In this document: positions 48,808 to 62,611 of the stretch, in pieces | Numbering within the stretch: the first letter of the stretch is position 1 | How the letters are laid out: each line of letters starts with the position of its first letter | Source: Heptranchias perlo | Taxonomy: Eukaryota | Length of the DNA stretch: 64,000 bases | Direction of reading: 5' to 3' | NCBI RefSeq assembly: GCF_035084215.1 | Contig: NC_090325.1 | Coordinates: 115,568,001 to 115,632,000 of the forward strand | Translations under genes and position numbers: made by a program | Notes under the pieces: generated by a model | Told to the model about the DNA's origin: nothing | The model's input: only the letters and a program-made list of their open reading frames with translations | Database searches by the model: none

Positions 48808-51631
48808 GTAGGTTGACACTAATTTTTAGCTGGCGATTGGAGATTTAGTTGGAAGTTGCAGATAACTCCTTTTGGTTCAAGAGGTTTAATTACTTTTTTT
48901 TAAGGTGGAATGAAGAGTTATTAACTTATTGCACTGTAGATCAATCTTCAGGGCCATTGTGGCATACTGTAAACATTATTGGATGCAATGGATTTTAGTG
49001 CTGTAGATAAAGTCTTTTAGGTGATTTCTGATCACTGTTGCTCGACATGGTTCTATTTTTAAAATGAGAAGCTTAATGAACAGGTGTACACTAGCAGCAT
49101 GTGGAGGATCTCAATTGAGGAGGTAAGAGTTATATTGCAGTTAATTAAAAGGCTAGACAGACAGATGAGTAACAAAATTGCAAGGGTGCTATAATCTGTA
49201 TCTAGGCCATTGCTACTCCGATGAAGTCTAGTTTACTGGTGGTCCTGTCTCTCCCGGATGCCCTTGCCTCCTGTATATGCTTGACTCCTTTTGGTCACGG
49301 TTTGTTTTACCTTTCATCCATGTCTGTTCATTGTAAATGTAATTACTGGACGACCAGGCGTGGTGCTACTAACTGATTGTGACTTTGATTCACAGGCTTG
49401 ACTTTGCATTTGCTTTGCCTTTAGAGAGTTTAGAGAAACTCGCTGGTTTCCAATAGGACATTAAGACCCTGAAATTCCTGTTGGGGACACTGCAGCTGTG
49501 TAAACCAGGCGGAAGGGTTGGAATTCGGGGCAGGACATGTTTCCGACAGGTCGCCGCCTCTTTTTTGCACGTCATAAAATTCCAACGGAAGTGGGGGCAG
49601 GCGTGGTTGAGGTCCTCCCCATGCTGATATCAGAAAAGGAGGTGAGATTGACAGGATGGTGTCACCCACCATAAATCCCACCAGTCATGCTTCCTTTGCC
49701 CTGAAAGCAAAGTATTGCTAGGATATCACACCACCAGGATACCTGGTGGAAGTGGAACTCACAACGTCATTAGGAAAGTGTGAACAGAAAAATACCACCT
49801 TTTTCATTTTTATATAAAAAATATCCTGAATCTTCAGCTAGAATGGCCCAGCCTCCATTCCCCAACCCTCCCCCCCCCCCCCTTCCCCCCAGCAGAGTGG
49901 AAAGGTACCACCCTGAAGCCTAGGAAGCACCATGGTGCATCCGCCTGCTCCCGTTATGGAGTTTGGGACAGGGTCAAGAATGGGATAGACTGGCGGCTGG
50001 AAGTCCTGCCATCGCCCCCCCTGTCCACACTTCCACCAGCAAAATAGGTAGCCAGGAATTTCGGGCCTTAAAATTACAACCCGGATATGTTCTTTTCACG
50101 CAGTTTTATTTCAAATCACAGAATTGTCTACAGTGGTGCTAGATAGAGTTATCCTGGACAATGAAAATAGAATACATGCATGATAGACTGTAGCACTATG
50201 ATGCTTTTCCCTCCACACAGCACACATTGCTTTCCAAGCATGCAAAGGAATCTAATTTTTTTTTCAAAAAGCAGAACTGTGAAGACCCAAAATAAATTGG
50301 CAAGACAATTTTATCAAAAGCATCCATTTGTTTCACAATTCTTTTTAGGAGATTGCCTACCAACTCTGAGGCACTAAGCTTTTACTCTTGACATTCAAAT
50401 CATGACTATTCTGCAACAGGATTTTAAGTCATCCATCTAGCAGTTGATGTGTAACTCTTTATTTCAGCTCTGTGTGAAAGGATTCATCAGTTTGAAATTC
50501 TTTTGTGCTAAGCAAAAAAATTTGAATGTTGTTCATATTGCCATTCATGCCCTGTCTCTAATGTGCACATCTACTTGAATTAAAAAGGTTGCCACACAGT
50601 TATAGTATTTGATGCCAGCAGTAAGCTGAACAATGTAACTGTGTCATTTTGTTTTATACGACAGAGGATTCTGTTAACTGAATTTATGTCATGCTGGCTT
50701 CTAGGTTAAAAAAATGAATATTCAGTTTCTCTGATGTGATCTTAAAGTATGCTTACTTGAATCGTTTAATAGGTTTATAGTTGAAATTTTGCACTTAGTT
50801 TTTACACATCTGTTTTGATCCTTGTTTCTTTAGTAGGAGAGAGTAAATTCAGGTGAGGCTATCTTCCCGGAGCGGAGCCATGCTAGATTGGAGTGCGAGT
50901 TGCAGATGGGGCAAACCATGCAATCTTGGTACAATGCTAGCAGGACTGCTCCTGTTAGGATGTTGTGCACACCTGAAGTGCAATGAGCTGACCTTGTGTC
51001 ATATTGTGAGGTCAGATCTCACATTCTTGGTGCATAGTCCATTATGCTGTGGGAACACACCAGGGTTGAGGGGCCGGGTATCTGATGCCAGCAACTAGTC
51101 GCCTTTTGAGCTATGTTATTATTGAAGGTGGTTAAAATGGCGGAGTACGGACATACGCCTCATTCAATTAAGGAGCTTTTGAAGCAGAGGTCGTCCTTCA
51201 GTCAAGAAGAGCCTAGATGGAGATGGCTGAAACAGTGACTATTGTCTCGGCTCTGCCCTGAACCTGTGAGCAGGAAGAATGCACAGTGCTCTGGCAACTA
51301 TTCACATACTTTACAAAAGCACAAGCCCATCCATGTTTCACCAAGGCACTCTATCGCAGACACATCGATGCACTAATTAATTCTATAAATCAACGTTTTA
51401 ATGGGGAACGTGGTCCTGGCAGGACAGGCAGCGAGAAGCTTACCAGTACCCTGTGCTGTTCAGGTTCAGCTAATTAAACATTAGCAATAACCATGTGCAT
51501 AGTTGGGCACACAAGGTGGAGGTCCCTAATCCTTAGCCATCCTGCATCTTAGTCTCTGAACTTGGGTAAGTGGCATATGTCTATACATGGAGATAATGTG
51601 CACCCCACATCGGGCAGACAGAAACTACCTG

Positions 51632-54600
51632 AGCAGGCCATTCAGCCGCTTGAGCCTGTTCCGCCATTCACTTAGATCATGGCTGATCTGTACCTTAACT
51701 CCATCTACCCCCATTGATTCTGAAACCCTTAATATCCTTGCTTAATAAAAAAAACTATCAATCTCAGTTTTGAAATTTTCAATTGACCTAGCCTCAACAG
51801 CTTGTTGGAGGAGAGTTCCAGATTTCCACTACCCTTTATGTTTAGAACTACTTTCTGACATCATCCCTGAACGGCCGAGCTCTAATTTTAAGGTTATGCC
51901 TCGTTCTGGACTCAAACCAGAGGAAATAGTTTCTCTTTTTCTACCCCATCAAATCCTTTAATCATCTTAAACGTTTCAATAGTTCATCCCTTAATCTTCT
52001 ATATTCAAGGGAATACAGGCATAGTCTATGCATCCTATCCTCAATTTAACCCTTTTAGCCCTGGTATCATTCTGGTGAATCTGCACTGTAACCCCCTCCA
52101 AGGGTGGGGGTGCAATGAACTTCTTCGAAGTGTGGTGCCCAGTACTGAATGCAGTACTCCAGATGGGGTCTAAACAGAGCTCTGTACAGCTGCAACATAA
52201 CTTCCATCCCTTTGTATTCCAGCCCCCTTCCATTAGCCTTTTTAATTATTTTTTGTACCTGTCTGCTAGCTTTTAGTGATATCCATACTTGGACCCCTAA
52301 ATCTCTCTGCTCGTCCACAGTTCCTAGCTTTACGCCATTTATAAAATGCTCTGATCTATCATCCTTAGGTCCAAAGTGGATGACCTCACTCTTTCCCACA
52401 TTGAACTCCATTTGCCACAGTTTTGCCCACTCACTTAATCTATCAATGTTCTGTTGCAACTTTCTGCTCCCATCTACACTATTTACTGTGCCATCTAACA
52501 ATGCCATCAGCAAACTTAGATATACGTCGCTTTTTCTTCATCCAAGTCATTTATAAATAGCGCAAAACTGTGGCCCCGGTACAGATCCCTGGAGGACACC
52601 ATTAGTCACATCCTGCCAATTTGAGTACATACCCATTATCCTTATTCTCTGTCCCTAATAACAGATTCTAGTAACTTCCCCACTGATATTAGGCCTATAA
52701 TTTCCTAGTTTATCTCTCTTACCTATCTTAACTATTGCAGTGACATTGGCAATTTTCCAATCCAAGGGAACCATTCCTGAATCGAGAGTTTTGGAAGATC
52801 ATGATTAATGCATCAACAATTGCCTCACCTACTTCTTTTAATATCCTGGGGTGGAAACCATCGGGTCCTGGAGATTTACATTAAATCTAGTTAGTTCCTC
52901 CCCTTGATTTATTTTTAGCTTCCCTTGTATCTCTGGTACTTTATCTGCATTCTCTACTGTTGAAGATCGTAGCTTTTTAGTGCATAAGAACATAAGAAAT
53001 GGGAGTAGGCCTTTCAGCCCCTCTGCCATTCAATAAGATCATGGCTGATCTTCTACCTCAACTACACATTCCCACCCTATCCCCATATCCCTTGATTCCC
53101 TTAGTGTCCAAATATCTATCGATCTCAGTCTTGAATATACTCAACAACTGAGTATCCACAGTCTTCTCGGGTAGAGAATTCCAAAGATTCACAACCCTCT
53201 GAGTGAAGAAATTTTTCTTCATCTTGGTCCTAAATGACCGACCCTTTATCTTGAGACTATGCCCCCTAGTTCTGGACTTTTTAGCTAGGGGAAACAGCCT
53301 CTCAGCATTTACCCTGTCAAGCCCTCTAAGAATTTTATATGTTTCAATGAGATCACCTTTTATTCTTCTAAACGCCAGAGAATATAGGCCCATTCTACTC
53401 AATCCCTCCTCAGGACAACCCTCTCATCGCAAGTATATCCTTCCTTAGGTAAGGAGACCAAAACTGTACACAGTATTCCAGGTGTGGTCTCATCAGAGCC
53501 CTATATAATTGCAGCAAGACCTCCTTACTCTTATATTCCAACCCCCTTGCAATAAAGGCTAACTTAACATTTGCCTTCCTAATTGCTTTCTGTACCTGCA
53601 TGTTAACTTTCTGTGATTCATGTACAAGGACACTCAAATCCCTCTGACTACCAACATTTCTTAGTCTCTCATCTTTTAAAAAATATTCTGCTTTTCTATT
53701 CTTTCTACCATAGTGGATAATTTCACATTTCCCCACAACTCCATCTGCCACCACCTCGCCTACTCACTTAACCTGTCTATATCCCTTTGCAGCCTCTTTA
53801 CGTCCTCCTTACTTTCCCATCTAGCTTTGTATCGTCAGCAAACTTGGATGCATTACACTTGGTCCCCTCAGCTAAGTCATTGATACAGATTGTAAATAGC
53901 TGAGGCCCAAACTCTGTTCCTTGTGGCACCCCACTAGTTACAACCTGCCAACCCGAAAATGACCCGTTTATTCCTATTCTGTTTTCTGCCCATTAACCAA
54001 TTCTCAAACCACGCTAATATATTACCCCCAATCCCATGAGCCCTAATCTTGTGTATCAACCTCTTGTGTGGCATCTTATTGAATGCCTTTTGAAAATCCA
54101 AATATACTACATCCACTGGTTCCTCCTTATCTACCCTGCTAGTTACATCCTCAAAAAATTCTAGTACATTTGTCAAACACGATTTCCCTTTCATAAAACC
54201 GTGTTGACTTTGCTTCATCATATTATGATTTTCTAAGTGCCCTGTTACTACGTCCTTAACAATAGATTCTAGCATTTTCCCTACACTGATGTCAGGCTAA
54301 CTGGCCTATAGTTCCCTGTTTTATCTCTCCCTCCTTTCTTGATTAGCGGGGTTAGGGTAACATTTGCTACCTTCCAATCCACAGGGATTGCTCTAGAATC
54401 TAGATCAGTCTGCCATTTCCTGATTTCCAATTTCAATATCACCTGCGTTTGTCATTTAGGGTCCCACATTACTTTTAGCCACCCTCTTTCTCTTAATATA
54501 TTCGTAAAAATCTTTAGTGTTGTCCTTGATATTCTTTGCAAGCTTTTTCTTGTATTCCCCTTTTGTGGCTCTTGCCACTTTGTACCCCTTTGCATTTTTT

Positions 54601-55900
54601 TCTATTTCTCGCAGTTCGCGGGATCTCTACTGTTATTTGCTTTCGTATAAGCCCTTTTGTTTAGCTTCATACTATCTCTCACTTCCCTTGTTGATCAAGG
54701 TTGTTTAATTACACGTGTAGAGCTCTTGTCCTTCAGTTTTCCTTGTATCTCTGGTATTTTATCCTCATCCTCTACTGTGAAGACCAATACAAAAGTAACT
54801 ATTTAGTAAGTCTGCCATTTCCCGATTTCTAATGACAATATCTCCAGTGTCTGTCATTAAAGGGCCCATATTACCCTTGGTCACCCTCTTTCTTTTAATA
54901 TATATGTAAAAAAAACTTGTGTTGTTCTTGATATCCCTCGCAAGCTTTTTCTCAGATTTCCTTTTTGTAGCTCTTGCCACTCTTCGTATCCCTTTGCTGT
55001 TCATTATATCTCTCCCAGTTGGTGGGATCTCTACCGTTCTTTGCCTTCGTATAAGCCCTCTTAGTTGTATTCTATCTCACAGTTCCCTTGTTGACCGTGG
55101 TTGTTTAATTACACAAGTAGAGCTCTTGCCCTTTAGGAGTACAGGTCTTGTATTCTCCCAAATACTTTTTTGAACACCTCCCACTGTTTATCCATCATTT
55201 TATCTGTTAATAGTTCTGCCCAATCTATTGTGCTCAATTTCTGCCTCCATCCCTCCAAAGTTGGCCGTACCTAAATTTAAAACCTTGGTTCGTGACTCGC
55301 CCTTCTCCCTCTCAAACCTAATAAATCGAATTCTATCATATTATGGTCACTATTAGCTAGGTGTTCCCTTACTGTTAGATTGACTAGTTCAGGCTCATTA
55401 CTAATTACTAAATCGAAGATGGCCTGTTCTCTTGTTGGTTCAAGGACATATTGTTCCAGAAAACTGTCCCGAATACACTTTGGAACTCGAGCAGTTCTGC
55501 TTCTCCCAGTCTATATGAAAATTAAAGTCTCCCATTATAACTACTCTGTTTTTGTAACAAGCTTCTCTGCTCTCCCCGTTTATGTATCCCGCTACTTTAT
55601 CACTGCTATCTGGAGGACTATAAACAACTCCCACCAAAGTCTTGCATCCTTTTCTATTCCTCAATTCACTCCGTAGCGTTTCTACTGCCTGCTCACCCTT
55701 ACTGATATCCCCTCTTTCCACTGCTGTTATGTTGTCCCATATCAATATTGCTCCTACTTTTCCAATTTCCTGGTCCTTTCTAAAGACTTTATGACCTGGA
55801 ATATTTATCTCCCAGTCATGCCCAGCTTGTAGCCAGGTCTCAGTAGTGGCTGCTACGTCATACTCTTTTAGCTGAATTTGCACTTCTAATCACTTGTTTT
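51632..55900 (-). mobile_element. Cluster of nested/tandem CR1 copies (younger copy about 52983-54400 inside an older one)
   Basis: RT motifs (YLDFQKAF, RPHLEYC), APE motifs (TETWL, MGDFN); two separate 3' ends at about 51632 and 52983. Confidence 0.85.
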
Positions 55901-56195
55901 ATTTCTTATGCTATGTGCATTAGTGTATAGAACTTTTAATTTGGCAATAGATCCTGTTCTGCCTTTATGCCCTGATGTTTTTAATACATGTTTTAACTTA
56001 CCACATTCCTTGTTTTTTTTACCACTTCTGTTGTATTTTGATCAGTTATTTTGTTGTTATTTCCTATATTTTTTTCTGAACCTGAAGTATTTATAATACC
56101 TTTAACACTATTGGTAACCTGGACTTCGTTCTCATCCCTTTTTTAATCTTTAGGCTATTTTTATTTTTGTTTCTGTCTGAGTCTCCCTTGAACAT

Positions 56196-57235
56196 ATAGT
56201 CCAGGCTGACACTTCAGTGCAGTACTAAGGGAGTGCTGCCTTTCGGGTGAGATGTTAAACCGCGGCCCCGTCTACCCTCTCAGGTGGACGTAAAAGATCC
56301 CATGACACTATTTGAAGAAGAGCATGGGAGTTCTCCCCACTGTCCTGGACAATATTTATCCCTCAACTAACTAACAATTAGGCTTAAAAGAAAAACAATT
56401 ATGAAAATATTCTAATGAAATTCTGCATAACTGCCTTTGTAGCAGTGGGAGGATTAAAAAAAATCCAACTTAAACACAGATGTAAAGTAAAAGGAAACTA
56501 AACAAGAGAACATAAATAAGATAGTCACTAATAAATCCAATAGGGAATTCAGGAGAAACTTCTTTACCCAGAGAGTGGTAAGAATGTGGAACGTGCTACC
56601 TCAAGGAGTGGTTGAGGTGAATATCATAGATGCATTTAAGGGGAAGCTTGATAAGCACACTAAGGTGAAAGGAATAGAAGGATATGCCGATAGGGTTAGA
56701 TGAAGTAGGGAGGGAGGAGGCTCATGTGAAGCATAAATGCCAGCATAGACCAGTTGGGCCAAATGGCCTGTTTCTATGCTGTAGACTCGATTATAAGATT
56801 AAAAAGCTGAAATTTAAACACTGAAAATCTAAAATAACAGAAAATGCTGGAAGTACAAAGCAGTCAGCCAGCATCTGAAAGCTAAATTAACATTGATTGG
56901 GACCCTTTTACAGGGCTAACAGTTCTCTTTTTTATATAAAGCATGAAGGTTCTCGGATGACAGCTTCCACAATGCCGCCATTTTGACCCTTCAACAATTA
57001 CACAGCTTGAAAGACAACCAGCTGCTGGCACCAGATAATCTCAACTAACACCATTAAAACAGATCATCTGGTCATTATCACATTGCTGTTTGTGGGAGCT
57101 TGCTGTGTGCAAATTGGCTGCCGCATTTCCTACAATACAACAGTGACTACACTTCAAAAGTACTTCATTGGTTGTAAAGCGCTTTGGGACATCCTGAGGT
57201 TGTGAAAGGCACTTATAAATGCAAGTCTTTCTTTT
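56196..57235 (+). mobile_element. DeuSINE split by a 668-bp insertion (56372-57039)
   Basis: SINE 5' half ends CTCAACTAAC (56362-56371); 3' half restarts CTCAACTAAC (57040-57049). Confidence 0.85.
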
Positions 57236-57664
57236 TGATCAAATAGTATAGCAGCGTCAATAGTGATTCAGCCAGTTGCAATTAGGTGGTTCTTCCCAAC
57301 AGGAATGTGAAACTGGAGAACCATGAATCACTTATATGAATCACTATAAACTTTTATTTTCAAATGACCAGATGTTTATACTTCCTTGTTATATAGAATT
57401 GGAGAAATAGTGGCTGAGAAATGATGCTGTCATTAGAAATAAATCTTCACAAGTTAAATCTTTCACAACATTAATATATTTTAAGAAGGTATATGCTATA
57501 AAAGGAGGAGGAAGAAACAGCTTGATGGCAACGAGTAAAATGTTAAGGAGGAGGTATAGCAGATATGTTCTCACGCCATGGAACTCTCGTGAAACTCTAC
57601 TATCGAACACTTTACAATATTCTCATAGGAGTGAGAGCAATCTGGAAGCTATCATCCGAGAACC

Positions 57665-59429
57665 TAGAATCATAGAAAGGTTACAGCACGGAAGGAGGCC
57701 TTTCGGCCCATTGCGTCCGCGGCGGCTCTATGCAAGAGCAATGCAGCTAGTCCCATTCCCTGTCCCCGTAGCCCTGCAAATTTTTTCCTTTCAAGTACTT
57801 ATCCAGTTCCCTTTTGAAGGCCATGATTGAATCTGCCTCCACCACCCCCTCGGGCAGTGCATTCCAGATCCTAACCACTCACTGTGTGTAAAAAAAAAAG
57901 TTTTTCCTCATGTCACCTTTGGTTCTTTTGCCGATCATCTTAAATCTGTGTCCTCTTGACCCTTCCGCCAATGGGAACAGATTCTCTCTATCTATTCTGT
58001 CTAGACCCTTCATGATTTTGAATTTCTCTATCAAATCTCCTCGCAACCATCTCTGTTCCAAGGAGAACAACCCCAGCTTCTCCAGTCTATCCACATAACT
58101 GAAGTCCCTCATCCCTGGAATCATTCTAGTAAATCTCTTCTGCACCCTTTTTAAGGCCTTCACATCTTTCCTGAAGTGCAGTGCCCAGGACTGGGCACAA
58201 TACTCCAGTTGTGGCCGAACCAGTGTTTTATAAAGGTTCATGATGACTTCCATACTTTTGTACTCTATGCCTCTATTTATAAAGCCCAGGATCCCGTATA
58301 CGTAACTGCTTTCTCAACCTGCCCAGCCACCTTCAATGATTTGTGCACACCTATCACCAGATCTCTGTTCCTGTACCTCTTTTAGAGTTGTGCCCTCTAG
58401 TTTATATTGCCTCTCCTCGTTCTTCCTACCGAAATGTATCACTTTGCATTTTTCTGCGTTAAATTTCATCTGCCAAGCGACTGCCCGTGCCACCAGCTTG
58501 TCAATATCCTCTTGAAGTCTATCACTATCCTCCTCACTGTTTACTACCCTTCCAAGTTTTGTCATCTGAAAATTTTGAAATTACGCCCTGTACACCCAAA
58601 TCCAAGTCATTAATATATATGAAGAAAAGCAGTGGTCCCAGCACTGACCCCTGGGGAACACCACTGTACACCTCCCTCCATTCCAAAAAACAACCATTCA
58701 CCACTACTCTCTCTTTCCTGTCACTTAGCCAATTCTGTATCCATGTTTCTACTGCCCCCTTTATTCCATGGGCTGCAATCTTGATGATAAATCTACAGTG
58801 CGGCACTTTATCAAATGCCTTTTGAAAAATCCATGTACACCACATCAACTGCACTGCCCTCATCTACCCTCTCTGTTATCTCATCAAAAAAACTCTTATC
58901 AGGTTAGTTAAACACGATTTGCCTTTAACAAATCTGTGCTGGCTTTCCCTAATCAATCCACCCTCGTTCAAGTGACTGTTAATTTTGTCCCTGATTATCG
59001 TTTCTAAAAGTTTCCCCACCACTGAGGTTAAGCAGATTGGCCTATAGTTACTGGGTTTATCCTTACACCCTTTTTTGAACAAGGGTGTAACATTTGCAAT
59101 TCTCCAGTCCTCTGGCACCACCCCCGTATCTATGGATGTTTGGAAGATTATGGCCAGTACCTCCGCAATTTCCACCCTTACTTCCCTCAGCAACCTAGGA
59201 TGCATCCCATCCGGACCGGGTGACTTATCTACTTTAAGTATAGCTAGCCTTTCAAGTACCTCTTCTTTATCAATTTTTAGCCCATCTAGTATCTCAACTA
59301 TATCTTCCTTTACTGAGACTGCGGCAGCATCTTCTTCCTTGGTAAAGACAGATGCAAAGTACTCATTTAGTACCTCAGCCATCCCCTCTGCCTCCATGAG
59401 TAGATCTCCTTTATGGTCCCTAATCGGCC
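57665..59429 (-). mobile_element. CR1 LINE, 5'-truncated, about 1.77 kb
   Basis: KSPGPDGMHPRLLRE, NYRPICLTSVVGK, GVPQGSVLGP, FSDD; TAGAATCA tail at 57665. Confidence 0.92.
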
Positions 59430-60326
59430 CCTTTATGCTTTATAAAAAGAGAACTGTTAGCCCTGTTAAAGGATCCCAATCAATGTTAATTTCTCTTTCA
59501 GATGCTGGCCGACTGCTTTGTACTTCCAACATTTTCTGTTATTTTAGATTTTCAGTATTTAAAGTTCTGCTTTTTATCTTCATTTTACTTTACATTTGTG
59601 TTTGGATTTTTTTTTAATCTGCCCACTGCTACAAAGGCAGTTATGTAGAATTTCATTAGAATATTTTCATAATTTTCTTTTCTTTTGTTGATGATGCCAA
59701 ATCAAGCTGGAGCATAGGATTCCTTTTGACTATTTTCAGAAAGAGGGAAATCCGTTGTACCTTTTGCAATTTTACAAAAGAATTCTTTTTGGTTTCTGCA
59801 GCTCCATACAAAATCTACTTGTGATTTAAATGGATCACCATTCATTCAAAATCCAAACGCAAAGAGTGGTAGAAGTTTGGAACATTCTTCCGCAAACGTT
59901 AGTTGATGTTGGCTTAATTGTTAATTTTAAATCTGAGATTGATAGATTTTTGTTAACCAAAGGTATTAAGGGATATGGGGTTAAGACGGGTATATGGGGT
60001 TAGGTCGCATTTCAGCCATGATCTCGTTGAATGGCGGAACAGGCTCAATGGGCTAAATGGCCTACTCCCGTTCCTATGGAAGGAAAACTGAATTAAAAAC
60101 AGTTGCAGTTGCAACAGCTGCACAAACTTGTACCAATTTGGAAGTAATATAACCTAATAGTGCTTTGTCATATTGTCAATGTCACACACCTTTCACACAT
60201 TGAATTACTTTTGAAGTGTAGTAACTGTTGTTATGTAGGCGAGCATAGATTGAAATACTTTAACAACTATATGAACAAAGAGAAATATGCAGATAAAAAT
60301 TATAAACTTCTGTGCTTTGCTGACAG

Positions 60327-60513
60327 GTTCGATTGCCTTTGTTGACTGTTGATTTTCTCATGGGGGTTGTGGCCAAAGAAAACATAATCAAACAGAATCT
60401 GAAGTGCAGGGACCTGTTGGATGAAGCTAGAAACTACCATCTTCAGTTGAGCAACAACCCAGTACCAGACTTTGAATATTCCATACGCACAACACCAAGA
60501 AAACACACTGCTG
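60327..60513 (+). CDS. KLHL8: KLHL8 exon, end of BACK domain
   Basis: VRLPLLTVDFLMGVVAKENIIKQNLKCRDLLDEARNYHL...TTPRKHTA; 187 nt, phase 0-1. Confidence 0.96.
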
Positions 60514-62272
60514 GTAAAAAAAAAACTTTTATTTATTTATTCTAATGCAATTTTTATTTTTTTTTAAAAAAGAGATGGGAAACATTTCCAAATAGGCAAA
60601 AGCGGTTTCTTACGTCATATATTGACAGGAGCTGTAGTGATTAATCTCACCTTTTGAGTAATAGAGTAGCTGCTATTGTGATCCTACTTGTTTAAACTTT
60701 TCAAAAAATATCTAACTCTCATCTCACATACACATTCCACCTCCCCGGCGGCTGGCAGTGGTAAAGCTCCAGATTCAGGCCTGTAGACAAATGAGGTAGC
60801 ATGTTCGGTGAGTGGTAAGTGGGCTGCAGTGACCTCTTGGCTAGGCTATATTATGAGTACTACTGCCAAACCTTCCATGTTTTTTTTTGTTTTGCTTTAT
60901 TTTGGTCTTCAAGTATGACATCCACACACAGCAACTGGGATTGCAAACATGGTGCAAATGTGGAATCTTGTTCCACCGTATTAACTGATGAATACATAGC
61001 AAGATGACATTGTGAACAATAATAGATCAACTGGTTCAGACAAAGATAGGAAGGCTCCAATTGTAAATTGCCTCAAAAGAAATCAGAAGTACTGTACCCT
61101 GGAAGGTGGGGGTGGGGGGGGGGGGGTTTAAGTGGCTGTAAGCTGTGCTGTAATTGGGAGGGGATGTGGTTGGAATCACATTTATGGCTGAGTTTGAGGG
61201 TTTATTGTGATGTTTTTGTTAAGCAAGTTAGGAGTGTATACTGTATGAGAAGAATGTATGTAATGAGCAAAGCTTGTGGAAGTTCACATCTATAGACAAT
61301 GGTGAAATAGACCACGGACACTTTTTATCCAGGCTAAAGAAAGGTCACTTGGGTAGGAAGGGTGAAAGGGATCAAATCAGACCCGTGTATGTAGGCAGAG
61401 GAAGAAAATTAATAGTAAAATGAAATAATGGAGATCTTTATAAAAGTTGTTGTGGCAAAAATGCATTTTTCTACTCTATATGAGCAAGATTAAATCTTAC
61501 TAGAAAATCATTGTCCTTCTTACAAACATAGAGAAATCTACAGGCTTTTTTGTGTTTTCCTCCTCTGGAAGTTTGGTTCTCGCCAAATGAAATTTGAGGT
61601 TTTTTTTAATCAGCCGTTCTCATATTGTAGTACTGTCCAAAGTTTCTTATAAAACTTGTTCTGGAGGCATTGTTCTCTTAAAAATTTTAAAAATATTTAT
61701 ATTGGTTGGATTGACTGTAGGTGCAGCACTAGAATTCTAATGTAGTTTACCTTGAAGATGGGTACTGTAATTTTATGCTGTCCCTGAGAAGGATGGTAAT
61801 TATTTCTACCAGTTAATTTCTTCATGTTCATTTGAAGTTAAGCCTGTAACCTGTACAAACTGAGTTTACGCCAGACTAGGGTTATTGACTTTTAAAAATC
61901 AATTTCTTGATCAGATTTCTGAGGGTATTATCTGTGAAATATAGTATGCAAGAAATTGCAACATCAAGGTGACTGCTGGCAGTAAATATTTACTTGTCCC
62001 AACATATTTCTGCTTGACCTGGGCTGGTAGGTAATTTTACTATTATACACCATGCACATAACTGTAGAAGTACCAATAAAGTAAAAGGGAAACTTGATCT
62101 GAATGTGAATCTGTTTGCAGCCCTTATAATTTGCTCAATTTTGTATTCGAATTGATGGTAGAAATTTCTTCTCATTTTATGTTCTACTAAAAGGTGAAAT
62201 TCTTTTTAAAAGTCTTGTATCAAACTGAGAGAAAATTTGGTACCTATCTTTACTCTACTTGCTTTTGTACAG

Positions 62273-62416
62273 GTGTCTTGTTCTGTGTTGGTGGTAGAGG
62301 AGGAGCAGGTGACCCATTCCGTAGTATTGAGTGTTACTCAATTAGCAAAAACAGCTGGTTCTTTGGGCCTGAAATGAACAGCCGGAGGCGACATGTTGGA
62401 GTAATCTCAGTGGATG
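62273..62416 (+). CDS. KLHL8: KLHL8 exon, Kelch repeat 1
   Basis: GVLFCVGGRGGAGDPFRSIECYSISKNSWFFGPEMNSRRRHVGVISVD; 144 nt, phase 1-1. Confidence 0.97.
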
Positions 62417-62499
62417 GTGAATAATATTTCAAATAATATTCCATTTATGTTTGATAAATTCATAACATTTCTAATAGTTCTTGCTCTGGTGAACCACAG

Positions 62500-62611
62500 G
62501 AAAAATCTATGCAGTTGGAGGGCATGATGGAAATGAGCATTTGGGCAGCATGGAAGTATTTGATCCGCTGACAAACAAATGGATGATGAAAGCGTCCATG
62601 AACACTAAAAG
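62500..62611 (+). CDS. KLHL8: KLHL8 exon, Kelch repeat 2 (gene continues beyond right edge)
   Basis: Not in the ORF track. GKIYAVGGHDGNEHLGSMEVFDPLTNKWMMKASMNTK; 112 nt after an 83-nt intron; donor GTAGGC at 62612. Confidence 0.96.

Noticed and set aside
49465-50067. Possible Harbinger-type element with CCCTGAAATTCCTG / CAGGAATTTCGGG termini
   Set aside because: Termini short and degenerate and no clear TSD; not supportable as a defined feature.
58876-59397. 173-aa ORF as a host gene
   Set aside because: CR1 ORF2 fragment inside a KLHL8 intron.
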